Shown here: in pieces, positions 9,999 to 21,459 of the stretch
Layout of the letters: the number at the start of each line of letters is the position of its first letter
How positions within the stretch are numbered: position 1 is the stretch's first letter
Source of the DNA: Firmicutes bacterium UBA4881
Lineage (GTDB): Bacteria; Bacillota; DTU065
Reading direction: 5' to 3'
Assembly: GCA_002399235.1 (NCBI GenBank)
Contig: DHDH01000049.1
Span: forward strand, 1 to 63,824
Length of the DNA: 63,824 nucleotides
The notes under the pieces: generated by a model
The model's input: the letters and a program-made list of their open reading frames with translations, nothing else
What the model was told of the DNA's origin: nothing
The model's database searches: none
Translations under genes and position numbers: made by a program

Positions 9999-12248
9999 GT
10001 GAGAAAAGTACGAGTCCCCCTTAAGTGGATTCTAGTATTTATTGCGGCAGTGATTTTCGCCATAGGCTTTAGAAAATTTGCTGGTGACAAAGTCTTAGCG
10101 GAAAAAGCAGCAGCTTACTTAGAAAAAAGAGATTATGCAAGAGCTTTTGCTCTTTACGATAAACTGGCTAAATTTTATCCAAGAAGTCCTTATGCAGCGA
10201 AAGCGATGCTCGATACAATATATAGTGCTCCTAAAAGACAGATAAGAAGGGATTATCCAATCTTTTCTAGTGGTTTAACTTTAGATCGTTCTAGGCCATA
10301 TTCACTTAACTTGCAAAACGCATCAGCAACTGGCGGAAAGCTAAGTAATAAACCCATAATACTAAATAAGAAAAAAGCTGAAAAACTGTACAGATATCAT
10401 TTAGGTTACCTAGAAGAAAACTCCCCTCGTTCGTGGTGCGCCATTTTTAACGCTGGGTTAGAGGATAAGGCATTTCCCTATCTTAACGAGTACCTAAAAA
10501 AAGTAAACAATTATAATGTCCTGGAATGTGTCGTAAGCTATTTTATAGGTAAAGGGGATATTGATTCAGCACTTGATGTAGTTAATAATTTTGTTTCAGC
10601 TGGCAATGAATATTACTATGCCGATATCTACTTGTTAAAAGCCGAGCTTCATCTTTATAAAGATGAAATAGATTTAGCAAGAGATGCTGCCAATAAGGCT
10701 TACGAACTTTATCAGAAGTCTTCAGCCCCACCCAAATCATCTGATCACCCAGAATTATTTATTCATATAGGTGCTAAAAAAGTAGATAAGCTGAAATGGT
10801 TTTTACCAGAAAGCGATACCTCCGAGATTAAAATAGGTGTCTTTATTAATGGTATCCCCGCGAAAGATGTATTAGCTACCTTAAAATATAACGACACTAA
10901 CTTTCCTCTGAACCAAACGAACTTGCAAGAATCCCGTCCTACAGGGGAAACGGGCTACACTTCAACCTTTTTAAGAGAAGCAGACCTTTATCATGTTTCG
11001 GTATCTTTTAGACCAGAGGAAGCTGCTGCTATTGAACAAGGAACATTGAAGGTTATTGTCAAAAGCCAAACAGGGACAGAAATAAAATCTAAATTAGTTA
11101 ACCCCAAATTAGACTCTGAAAGCAAAACAATCATTCATACACAATTTTCTTTACAGCTTGCTCCTAACGAAAAAATCTCTGTAGAATTTCATATCCTAAA
11201 ACCCTTAGTTATAACAGCAAGTAAAAAGAGATATAACGCTAATGATAGCGTAGAACTTAGCTGGGCTAGCCTTCCTCAAGCAGATTTTTATAGACTTACA
11301 GTTACTACTCATAGGAAACACAAAGAACACATTGTTTTAATAGATTATCCTTTCATTCTTACAGAAAATAGTGTCATCCTAAATGACGAGTTTTTTAGAG
11401 AACACGGCATTCGACCTGAGTTTTTCTTTACAACTAAAGATGGCAAAGTCGATTTTGATGCATTATTAGGGTTGTGGCGAGGATCTTCAAATTTAACACT
11501 ACTTGTTGAAGCGTTCACACCCGATTTTACTCCCGAAGACATAAACAATGTCGGCATCTTTTCTAAAGAGGGAGAAAATAAGAAAACCCTCCTTTACAAG
11601 ATTAATTTTCCAAAGTATTACTCTAAATCCATCTGGAAAGATCTACCTACCATTAAACTTTCGTTAAACCGTGGTTCTCTTGAAAGTTGGGAAAAAATAA
11701 TTGTCACGCTTTCATTATCTGGAGCATTAGAGTACTTTCTTGAGACATTCTCAACTTCAGAAATAGAACAAAGTCCTAGGCTAACCGATATTTATACAGC
11801 CCTAAAAAAGTCGGTTTCTTACGAAGAAGAAGAAAGGGAAAGATACTCTCTAAATGATTCTAAGCTTCTCCAGTTGCGCAACCAAGCTAAAGACCTTGTT
11901 AAAGAAGGAAAGTTCCATGAAGCAATAAATCTGTACGAATTTACCAATTATCAAGTTGTACCGAAAGCTTTACTGGAGAAATCTTTACTAGAAATCATTA
12001 CTCGTAAAAATAGCTTTACCCAGATTTCTATAAAAGAGCCAGCTTTTGATACCTACATTCGACTAACTGTAGGTCTAAGTGATGAAGAAAAAGAAACTAT
12101 TAAAAGCGTGGCCAAAGCATTATTAATAGATGATTATAAGCTTGCTAAAGAAATTATGATAGAAGCTGGCGGCGAAGGTGGAAACGCCTACCTTGCAATG
12201 GAAACTCTTGTGATAATGGCAAGCAAATATAAGGTATTTGTAGATTAA
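9999..12248 (+). CDS. membrane-anchored TPR-repeat protein with central beta-rich domains
   Basis: N-terminal TM helix, TPR-like AAAYLEKRDYARAFALY..YPRSPYA and Ig/FN3-like SVELSW..ADFYRL. Confidence 0.7.
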   Translation: MRKVRVPLKWILVFIAAVIFAIGFRKFAGDKVLAEKAAAYLEKRDYARAFALYDKLAKFYPRSPYAAKAMLDTIYSAPKRQIRRDYPIFSSGLTLDRSRPYSLNLQNASATGGKLSNKPIILNKKKAEKLYRYHLGYLEENSPRSWCAIFNAGLEDKAFPYLNEYLKKVNNYNVLECVVSYFIGKGDIDSALDVVNNFVSAGNEYYYADIYLLKAELHLYKDEIDLARDAANKAYELYQKSSAPPKSSDHPELFIHIGAKKVDKLKWFLPESDTSEIKIGVFINGIPAKDVLATLKYNDTNFPLNQTNLQESRPTGETGYTSTFLREADLYHVSVSFRPEEAAAIEQGTLKVIVKSQTGTEIKSKLVNPKLDSESKTIIHTQFSLQLAPNEKISVEFHILKPLVITASKKRYNANDSVELSWASLPQADFYRLTVTTHRKHKEHIVLIDYPFILTENSVILNDEFFREHGIRPEFFFTTKDGKVDFDALLGLWRGSSNLTLLVEAFTPDFTPEDINNVGIFSKEGENKKTLLYKINFPKYYSKSIWKDLPTIKLSLNRGSLESWEKIIVTLSLSGALEYFLETFSTSEIEQSPRLTDIYTALKKSVSYEEEERERYSLNDSKLLQLRNQAKDLVKEGKFHEAINLYEFTNYQVVPKALLEKSLLEIITRKNSFTQISIKEPAFDTYIRLTVGLSDEEKETIKSVAKALLIDDYKLAKEIMIEAGGEGGNAYLAMETLVIMASKYKVFVD

Positions 12249-12251
12249 TCT

Positions 12252-12300
12252 AAAAGCAGCCTAAAACCCAACAAATTAAAGGGTTCTAGGCTGCTTTTTT
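12252..12300. terminator. bidirectional terminator
   Basis: AAAAGCAGCCTA(A)AACCC..GGGTT(C)TAGGCTGCTTTT between convergent genes. Confidence 0.8.
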
Positions 12301-12319
12301 ACTTTTATGGCCATAAAAC

Positions 12320-13012
12320 TTAAATTGTCCATTGATTATGGATAATCCCAACTAATTTCCATGCATCTCCTGATTCTTCGAAGACCAGGCGAAGACTTTG
12401 CCAGTCCATACCTCCATATTCAGGATTAAATCCAGGAAAGTAATATTCAACTATAATAGGTCTCTCGTAAATTAAAAACTGATTTTCAAGCATGTTACCA
12501 CTACTTAAGACCTCGTTATAACCAATACAGTCTGCATTTTTAAAGTCCTCAGAATAGACAAACTTCTCATAGTATTGGCTAGGTGTTAACCGAATTTCCT
12601 CCCCTGTACCATCGTAATAACCCCAGAGGTAGATTGTTTGATCCTGAGAGAAGTTTTCTACTACATCCTTATTTAATACTACATCAGTATCTATTGAAAC
12701 ATAGGTATATGGAGTAAATCTTACCCCTTTGGTTGGATGCACAAAGTAGGCGAGTGCTTTAAAATCTTTATTTGCTATAGCTCGAATTACTTTATCGCCA
12801 GTTTCTTTGATAATAAGCTTAGCGTCTTCGGGGATTATACGCCCATCCTCAGTTAACTTGTATTCGTCTTTAACTTCGGACATTTCGGGTCCTTTTTCAA
12901 CATATTCTTGTGCTTGCTCGTTTGTATCTGAGATTAAATCACTAATACTACAGCCTGAAATACCAAAGACAAACAAAAATCCAACTAATAAAAACAAAAG
13001 TGTTCTTTTCAA
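12320..13012 (-). CDS. hypothetical lipoprotein
   Basis: Signal peptide with lipobox-like ISGC; conserved-looking C-terminus (GMDWQSLRLVF..WKLVGIIHNQWTI). Confidence 0.75.
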   Translation of the reverse strand: MKRTLLFLLVGFLFVFGISGCSISDLISDTNEQAQEYVEKGPEMSEVKDEYKLTEDGRIIPEDAKLIIKETGDKVIRAIANKDFKALAYFVHPTKGVRFTPYTYVSIDTDVVLNKDVVENFSQDQTIYLWGYYDGTGEEIRLTPSQYYEKFVYSEDFKNADCIGYNEVLSSGNMLENQFLIYERPIIVEYYFPGFNPEYGGMDWQSLRLVFEESGDAWKLVGIIHNQWTI

Positions 13013-13200
13013 GGTATCACCTCTAATCTGCGAACTTAAAGGTCTATTGAAATTCTACCGTATGTTACTCATTAATTAAATAAAAACACCTTATCTTCTT
13101 GGGGGTATTTTATGGATAATTTGCCATTATTTTAACTCTGAAAAAGCTGTATCCTTCTTATTGCTGGTTTAATACTCAGCTTATTAGCAAAGTCCTAAAA

Positions 13201-13226
13201 AAAGAGGAAGCACAAGCTTCCTCTTT
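13201..13226 (-). terminator. terminator of the M23 gene
   Basis: AAAGAGGAAGC-acaa-GCTTCCTCTTT. Confidence 0.75.
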
Positions 13227-13230
13227 AATA

Positions 13231-14196
13231 CTAATCGAGCCATTTAAGCGGATCTTGGGGCCGGCCGTTAACGCGAACTTCAAAATGAAGGTGTGGGCCT
13301 GTCGAGCGACCAGTGTTGCCTGAGTAGCAAATAACTTCCCCTTGCTTAACATATTGCCCGACTTTAACAGCAATTTTGTTATTATGGGCATAACGGGTTT
13401 CCATGCCATCAGCATGTTTAATTACAACCAGTAAACCATAAGAACCTGCACTACCTGCTTTTGTCACTTTACCAGCAGCTGCTGCTCTTACTGGTGTACC
13501 TACCGAGATAGCAAGATCCAAACCCTGATGCATTTTACCCCATCTCTTACCAAAACGAGAAGAGATGCGTCCACTTGCTGGTTTAATAAGTAGGGGTACT
13601 CCACCTCTAGCAACCAGAAGTCTTCTTTCTTTTTCGGCATCAGTAAGTTTAGCTCCCGGAATAATTAACCGTTCGCCAACTTTAATATTATTGTTGGAGA
13701 GAGCATTCGTCTGCATGATTTCGTCTACTGGTACATCATATCGTTTGGAAATAGTCCAAAGACTTTCACCTTTTTCCACACGATGTGTTACACCTTTAAA
13801 AGGCAAAATCATCAGTTTTTGTCCAATATCTATTCTCTCAAGACTTTTAAGTTCATTAGCTCCAATAATCGTGTCTACATCCACGTTGTAATTACGTGCA
13901 ATACTCCAAAGGCTTTCACCTTTTTTTACCTCATGTGTACGAACCTGATCCCAAGCTGATATCGGTACGTCGATAATTATGTTCGGTTCCAATACATAGG
14001 TATCTACGTGATCCTCTGTTTCCACTTCTTCTAAAAATTCAAGGTCTTCATCACTACCACCGCCGATATTCTCTTCCCATGGTAGTGCAAAACCTATAGT
14101 TAATGAACGCCAAATAAAAAAAGTCCCCGAACCTAAGAGAATAGAAAGGGCAATGCCATAGATGAGTAGGCTCTTAAGCCTTCGCCTTTCAGGCAT
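13231..14196 (-). CDS. LysM x2 + M23 peptidoglycan endopeptidase
   Basis: N-terminal TM, two HxVxKGESLWxI LysM repeats, HQGLD and GPHLHFE zinc motifs. Confidence 0.93.
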   Translation of the reverse strand: MPERRRLKSLLIYGIALSILLGSGTFFIWRSLTIGFALPWEENIGGGSDEDLEFLEEVETEDHVDTYVLEPNIIIDVPISAWDQVRTHEVKKGESLWSIARNYNVDVDTIIGANELKSLERIDIGQKLMILPFKGVTHRVEKGESLWTISKRYDVPVDEIMQTNALSNNNIKVGERLIIPGAKLTDAEKERRLLVARGGVPLLIKPASGRISSRFGKRWGKMHQGLDLAISVGTPVRAAAAGKVTKAGSAGSYGLLVVIKHADGMETRYAHNNKIAVKVGQYVKQGEVICYSGNTGRSTGPHLHFEVRVNGRPQDPLKWLD

Positions 14197-14360
14197 GCTT
14201 TACATCCCACCTAATGTCCTATTGTCCCACACTATTATTAATTCTTCTCCTACGAGGCTAATTTACCTGCATAACCTCGTAAAAAAAGTATAACCTAAAA
14301 TCACTCTTGCTAATCAATTATATGTAAACCTTATCTCTACACAATTGGTAATCTTTGGAT

Positions 14361-14399
14361 AAAAATAACCCTGTAGAACCTAAGTTCCACAGGGTTATA
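14361..14399 (-). terminator. fba terminator
   Basis: ATAACCCTGT..ACAGGGTTAT stem with a T-run on the minus strand. Confidence 0.75.
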
Positions 14400-14408
14400 A
14401 TTTTTTTC

Positions 14409-15263
14409 TTAAGCTTTGCCAGTTGAACCAAAGAGGCGCATTTTTGTTTTTACAACTTCTTTCATGGCTTCTTTGCTTGGTCCTAACAGTTTGCGAGGAT
14501 CAAATTCTTTTGGTTGCTCAGTGATCACTTTTCTTACACCTTGGGTGAAGGCTAAACGGATCTCTGTATCAATGTTGATCTTTTGTACACCAATCTTGAC
14601 TGCTTTCTTAATAGCCTCATCAGGTACACCTGATGCACCGTGTAATACTAAAGCACAATCTACTAGTTCGCGAATTGCAGCTAAACGCTCAAAGTCAAGT
14701 TTTGGTTCGCCATGGTATAAACCGTGTGCTGTACCAATAGCTACCGCTAAAGCATCAACACCAGTTTCATCTGCAAATTTCTTAGCTTCTTCAGGTGTAG
14801 TCATATAAGCATCTTTAGCATCTACCGAGATATCATCTTCGGTACCACCAATACGTCCTAGCTCACCTTCAACAGAGACGCCTACTGCATGAGCAACTTC
14901 GACTACTTTTTTAACAATAGCCACATTTTCGTCAAAAGGATAATGAGAGCCATCAATCATAACAGCTGTAAAGCCACCACGGATACATTTCATAGCTTGA
15001 TCAAAGCTAGTACCATGGTCAAGATTTAAAGCTACAGGGACACTTGCTCTTTCAGCAGCCGTTTTAACTAGAGCAACAATATAAGGTAGACCAGCATATT
15101 TAATTGCTCCTTGGCTAGCTTGTAAAAGCACAGGTGATTTTACTTCTTCAGCAGCTTCGACTATAGCTTGAATGATCTCCATGTTGTTAACATTAAAAGC
15201 ACCAACCGCATAACCACCTTTTTGGGCAGCTTGCAGGATTTCTTTTCCAGATACTAGAGGCAT
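14409..15263 (-). CDS. fba: fructose-bisphosphate aldolase class II
   Basis: YAVGAFN, LDHG, VEGELG, GTAHG, LHGASG and KINIDT motifs; conserved start MPLVS at 15263. Confidence 0.95.
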   Translation of the reverse strand: MPLVSGKEILQAAQKGGYAVGAFNVNNMEIIQAIVEAAEEVKSPVLLQASQGAIKYAGLPYIVALVKTAAERASVPVALNLDHGTSFDQAMKCIRGGFTAVMIDGSHYPFDENVAIVKKVVEVAHAVGVSVEGELGRIGGTEDDISVDAKDAYMTTPEEAKKFADETGVDALAVAIGTAHGLYHGEPKLDFERLAAIRELVDCALVLHGASGVPDEAIKKAVKIGVQKINIDTEIRLAFTQGVRKVITEQPKEFDPRKLLGPSKEAMKEVVKTKMRLFGSTGKA

Positions 15264-15330
15264 ATATTCCTGAACCTTATTATGGTTCAGTTCACCCACC
15301 TTTCATCTTGACTTGTTTTAGTTAAATTCG

Positions 15331-15831
15331 TCACATAGTTTTCGATTCCCTTTCATCAGGTAATATCCTCTCCAATTTACCATCAAACGAAAGGTATACA
15401 TGAACAGATTCTCCTACTACTAGACGATTTAGAGCAACATTATCTGAGACATCGAACCAGCGTCCATCAGTCGCTAGTAAACGCCTAAGGGCCGGGTCAA
15501 TAGCTTTTAGTTTAATTAAATAAGTTCTGGGCGCAAGCATAACTTTTACTATTTGGTCGTCTCTTTGCCAAATCCAAGCTGTATATTCATCTTTTACCAA
15601 TAAAGTAGGTAGTTTGCTTAAAGAAACCACGTTGTCATCCTGGCTAATCTCTGCAAACGGAGCAATCTCTTGGCTTTGTAAGAAACCATCAGTATCTTGC
15701 CATTGCAAAAAGACTCGATCATTAATAATGATAGCCCCTATTGGCAAAGCTTTAGAAACAATATCTGTTGCCTGCCCTATAATTATAACACTACTTAATA
15801 TAAGAATAACAAACAAAAATTTTTTTAACAT
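15331..15831 (-). CDS. hypothetical exported protein
   Basis: Signal-peptide-like N-terminus, GGGAGG SD, no recognised family. Confidence 0.65.
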   Translation of the reverse strand: MLKKFLFVILILSSVIIIGQATDIVSKALPIGAIIINDRVFLQWQDTDGFLQSQEIAPFAEISQDDNVVSLSKLPTLLVKDEYTAWIWQRDDQIVKVMLAPRTYLIKLKAIDPALRRLLATDGRWFDVSDNVALNRLVVGESVHVYLSFDGKLERILPDERESKTM

Positions 15832-15910
15832 TTGAGAGCCTCCCTGCCAGAATCTTTGCTACCATTCTCGGCAGAGAAGCTCTTAATTATACCTGGTACT
15901 TAAAATATTT

Positions 15911-17638
<1,728 letters not shown>

Positions 17639-17643
17639 TCAAT

Positions 17644-18303
17644 CTATTCGCGGTTTTTTTCTGATTCATTGGTCTCTTTGAGAGCAAGAAGGCTGTCCAC
17701 TTTGAGACTCATCTCTCGATAAGCCAAACTTCCCCACAAAGCCAAGCCACCTATAGCTAAAGTAGCTAACATTGGAATAAGAATAAAACATAACGCAATC
17801 CATAATACACTAATCAACATAACTACAAAACTGAAACCAGGATCTACCATTGCCATTTTAAATGAGCGAACGAAGATCTTTTTTAAACCTACATTCTCAT
17901 CTGCCAGCATTGGAAACATATAAGTAAGGGACATAAGGTAGATAATGGCAAAGTAAATTCCTACCCAGAAAAACAACTTTAACTGCGGATTTTGCCAAAA
18001 GAAATATAGGTCAAAACCAATAATACCAGCAATAACCAAATTCATTAAAAAGAGAGCTGTGGCAGTCTTCCATTTCGCTTTAACAGCTAAAGTGAAATCT
18101 TCTTTAAGTGCCAGCTCTCCATTAACAACTAGTTTCATCATATTAAAAATGCCGATTAACAGTGCACCAGCCGTAACAATTGGTATTGAGCCAAAAAATC
18201 CAAGTGCACTTAAAATCACTACTGTTCCTAGCTGTTGCCACAATAGAGAAATCCATTCAGGTATGAGTTTATGGAGTTGCGGTTGATAGAGTTCTCGTTT
18301 CAA
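17644..18303 (-). CDS. DUF624/YesL-like integral membrane protein
   Basis: About five TM helices; family-like IPIVT.GA..G..F..WK..Y.FP pattern. Confidence 0.7.
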   Translation of the reverse strand: MKRELYQPQLHKLIPEWISLLWQQLGTVVILSALGFFGSIPIVTAGALLIGIFNMMKLVVNGELALKEDFTLAVKAKWKTATALFLMNLVIAGIIGFDLYFFWQNPQLKLFFWVGIYFAIIYLMSLTYMFPMLADENVGLKKIFVRSFKMAMVDPGFSFVVMLISVLWIALCFILIPMLATLAIGGLALWGSLAYREMSLKVDSLLALKETNESEKNRE

Positions 18304-18326
18304 AAATATGCACCTCCCTTAAGGGT

Positions 18327-18758
18327 CTACGCCCAATTGGCTTTAATTATCATTTGGTGTTGGCCAACATACTGCTCACTAACCATTAGGTCATAGCTAA
18401 GTATTATATTGACTTCTTTTTCCTGGAGATTAACTCTAACAGTCCTGGGCATAACTTCTATTGCCATTTCTCCATATGGAGTTTTGTAAATGGATTTGTG
18501 TTTCTTGCCTTCTTCAAAAACTTGTTGCATATTAGAGGAACCTGTGCGTCTAACAACAACTTTTTGCGAAGCTTTCTCAGGGATACAAATTTGGGCTGTA
18601 GTTCCTTTTACTCCTACAAGTTCTGTTTCTTCGTATTCTAGACATAAATAGCCTTGGCTCGTATAGACCTCACCCACTGTATCGAGGGTTACTACATGTT
18701 CCTTTTCCCCATTATGAATCTGAAAAGCCTCAAGTTGTAGCATGATCTTTTCTTTCAA
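18327..18758 (-). CDS. DUF1934 (YwiB-like) beta-barrel protein
   Basis: YEETE..GT..RRTG..QVFEEG..YKTPYG motif; usual position between speB and pyrG. Confidence 0.85.
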   Translation of the reverse strand: MKEKIMLQLEAFQIHNGEKEHVVTLDTVGEVYTSQGYLCLEYEETELVGVKGTTAQICIPEKASQKVVVRRTGSSNMQQVFEEGKKHKSIYKTPYGEMAIEVMPRTVRVNLQEKEVNIILSYDLMVSEQYVGQHQMIIKANWA

Positions 18759-18905
18759 TGCAGCTCCCCCTTAGCTATTGATAGACTGTACAAGTCAAAC
18801 ATAGATATATTAGCATTTTGCCAGAAAAACCTCAAGGTAGATATAGGCATCCCTAGAATTTTTTACGCTTGTCTAGGAGGATATAGTGATTTTTTGTTGC
18901 TTAAA

Positions 18906-19337
18906 CTATCGAGAACGCAGTACTAGATAGACTCCTATAACCATTAATATCGCGCCGATTATTTCTGGGTAACCTAAAGTTTTCCTCTCAACACCAAAAA
19001 GTCCCAAAATATCAACAACAGCTGCCGTAAGAGTTTGGGCTGAAACGATGGCAATCGTAGCTTTGAAAGCACCACTTTGAGCGATACCATAAGCTACTAA
19101 TACTATTATAGCAGGTGCCAAGACTCCACCTAAAAAATCCAATAACTTTGGTTTTTCTCTGCTTACTGGATGTGGGAAAACTAACAAAAGTACTAAGGCT
19201 AGAGTCAAAGCAATTAAATGAATATAAAAGTTTCCTTTAAACAAGCCAACTTTTTCTGATAGTTCGCTATTAAAAACACCTTGCAAGGCCATAAAGACAC
19301 CACTTAATCCAGCTGCAATAATTGCTAGGTACTTCAT
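18906..19337 (-). CDS. DMT family transporter (YdcZ/DUF606-like)
   Basis: G..MALQG..NS.L, GG.L and Q...A..VD..GLFG motifs; five TM helices. Confidence 0.85.
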   Translation of the reverse strand: MKYLAIIAAGLSGVFMALQGVFNSELSEKVGLFKGNFYIHLIALTLALVLLLVFPHPVSREKPKLLDFLGGVLAPAIIVLVAYGIAQSGAFKATIAIVSAQTLTAAVVDILGLFGVERKTLGYPEIIGAILMVIGVYLVLRSR

Positions 19338-19435
19338 AAATAGCCCCCTAAACTACATTCTTTCTATGTAGTCTTTCCAGAAGCTATACTCCTAGCCCAA
19401 GATTTTAAAGACAAAGAGCCCTTAAGGGCTCTTTA

Positions 19436-19786
19436 TTAAGCTTTAAATGACTTGTTTTGGGTTTTGTTCTCAATTTCGCGAATTTTAAATGTATAAGGGG
19501 TAGAAGATTGGTCCCATCTACCTTTTAATATCACTTGATCCCTATTTTTCAAATCTTCTTTGGTTGGTGCTTTATCTTTTGCTGTGTTGAAAAAGCACTT
19601 AAGATCTTCGTTATATGTTGTGGCCACAAAAAGTTGGATAAAAACTTTGTTGCCATCTTCTTGAATTAGGGCTCTATTAATCTTGCCCTCTACATCCTCT
19701 GTTTCCCCACCACTATTTTTCTTCTTAATTATAAGAAAAAGCCCAATCACCACTATAGCAATTATTAATACAGGTAACCAATTCAT
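19436..19786 (-). CDS. hypothetical membrane-anchored protein
   Basis: Single N-terminal TM plus small beta-rich domain; AGGAG SD; terminator at 19413-19434. Confidence 0.7.
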   Translation of the reverse strand: MNWLPVLIIAIVVIGLFLIIKKKNSGGETEDVEGKINRALIQEDGNKVFIQLFVATTYNEDLKCFFNTAKDKAPTKEDLKNRDQVILKGRWDQSSTPYTFKIREIENKTQNKSFKA

Positions 19787-19812
19787 TTAAGACACTCCTT
19801 TTAGTGCATATG

Positions 19813-20481
19813 CTACTTACTTAAGGGAAGAGTGATCACAATTCCCAGACCTAGTTGCAGGCCAGTATAAGAGTCTAAAGATTTAATTGGTGCGAACAAT
19901 TTATAACCGCCGATAAATCTCCCGGCTGCTGTAAGAGCAATTATTTCGTTGATATTATAGTTTAGATTTAGTCCAGCAATACCACTTACATAAAAACCTT
20001 GAGCTGCGACTTCTCTAGGTTCAACATAAATGTCATCTGATTCAATATGCTTCAAAGAAAGATTAGCAATACTAAATCCTCCCCCAAGTACTGGCGAGAT
20101 TGATATATTACCTAGAGCAATATCTCGATTAGCTTGTAAACCAAACGACTGTAAATTAAAAGCAGCTTTCTTAACACCTTTTTGTGAAGATGTAAACAGT
20201 TGATTCGAATAAGCACCTATATTAAAATTTGTATGTGGGGCGGTTTTCATATAATTACTATAATTAAAACCCCAGGTGAAACGAGAAAAAGGCTGAAAGT
20301 TATTGGCTGCTAACGAAGCGTTCATCTCATCTAGTTTTAAAGCAGTTACACTGAATTCAAAATTTCGCACATCTAGATCTATAATTGCTGGCCAACCTGT
20401 GGTACTAACTAAATTCCCTTTGGCAAAGATAGCACTACTTAAAATTATAAGGAGCCCTAAAAACCAGAAGGCTTTTTTCAT
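19813..20481 (-). CDS. exported protein resembling a small outer-membrane beta-barrel
   Basis: Sec signal ending AIFA; alternating hydrophobic strands (FGLQAN, ISPVLGGGFS, AGLNLNYNI, GLQLGLGIVI). Confidence 0.55.
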   Translation of the reverse strand: MKKAFWFLGLLIILSSAIFAKGNLVSTTGWPAIIDLDVRNFEFSVTALKLDEMNASLAANNFQPFSRFTWGFNYSNYMKTAPHTNFNIGAYSNQLFTSSQKGVKKAAFNLQSFGLQANRDIALGNISISPVLGGGFSIANLSLKHIESDDIYVEPREVAAQGFYVSGIAGLNLNYNINEIIALTAAGRFIGGYKLFAPIKSLDSYTGLQLGLGIVITLPLSK

Positions 20482-20588
20482 AAAAGATCAGTGCCACAAC
20501 TCACTAAATATGAGTGAATGCACCTACACCTCCCTTTAAATTACATTTCATAAGCTAATTTACATCTTTATTTCTTCTCTTTAGTTAA

Positions 20589-21344
20589 TTATATTCCTGC
20601 TAAAAGATATTCGCGTAAATCGTTTAGATCTCCGTGGTGATCAGCAACTTCTCGACCTTTTTGTCGATCCTCTTCAGTAACTACATGAATTGCTTCTCCG
20701 TCCCATTCAGCATTCTGCCCTTCAGCTACATCGAGGAAAAAGGTCGTCATCCCTAGTTTCCTAGCCACTAAATCTAATTGAGGATCATCACCTACAACTA
20801 AACACTTCGTAGGTTCCACACCTAAAAGATTGGCAATCTCCAAAAAATATTGTGGTCGAGGTTTACAATAATGCATCTCTTCGTAGCAAGCAATAAAATC
20901 GAAATCTTCAGAGTTATAGCCACCCCATTTTAATCTAGATAAAATTGCTTTACGAGGGAAAACGGCATTTGTAGCTAAAGCTAACTTGGTTTTACCCTTA
21001 ACTAATTTGACCAATTCTAACATCTCAGGCCTTTGGTTAATTAAATGTCCGAGCTGTAAAAATTCGTTATCATAAAATTCATCGGCAACTGGTTTATATA
21101 TATTAAGCGGCCAATCTTCATTGGCAAATGCTTGCCAGAATACCTCTTCGTTGGTAAGTTTTTCGTCAGTGCTCTCAGTCATTTTATCGGTAGCCCAGAT
21201 TAACCTTTTAACAAATTCTGCAGGTTCGCTCGTATGTTTGGCTGCAACACGTTGCCAAAGTCCGAAGTAATCATGAAGAAATTTTTTCATATCAACATCA
21301 ATTAAAGTACCATCCATATCAAAAAGAATTGCATCCCAAGTCAT
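20589..21344 (-). CDS. HAD family hydrolase
   Basis: FDMDGTL, ATN, KP and VGDD motifs; real start MTWDAI at 21344 behind GGAG. Confidence 0.9.
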   Translation of the reverse strand: MTWDAILFDMDGTLIDVDMKKFLHDYFGLWQRVAAKHTSEPAEFVKRLIWATDKMTESTDEKLTNEEVFWQAFANEDWPLNIYKPVADEFYDNEFLQLGHLINQRPEMLELVKLVKGKTKLALATNAVFPRKAILSRLKWGGYNSEDFDFIACYEEMHYCKPRPQYFLEIANLLGVEPTKCLVVGDDPQLDLVARKLGMTTFFLDVAEGQNAEWDGEAIHVVTEEDRQKGREVADHHGDLNDLREYLLAGI

Positions 21345-21459
21345 TTCTTGCACTCCTATCTTTTTTACAGCAAATTTACTAAAAAGCTCAAAGTTACGCT
21401 TTGGACTTGTTCTCGCAACATATACATTATAGATAAAGACATAAGGGAGGTGAATTCGG

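Noticed and set aside
14240-14272. sigH-like promoter (GCAGGT..GAAT) upstream of the M23 gene
   Set aside because: The 20-nt spacing is longer than the usual consensus and the -35 is imperfect; too weak to call
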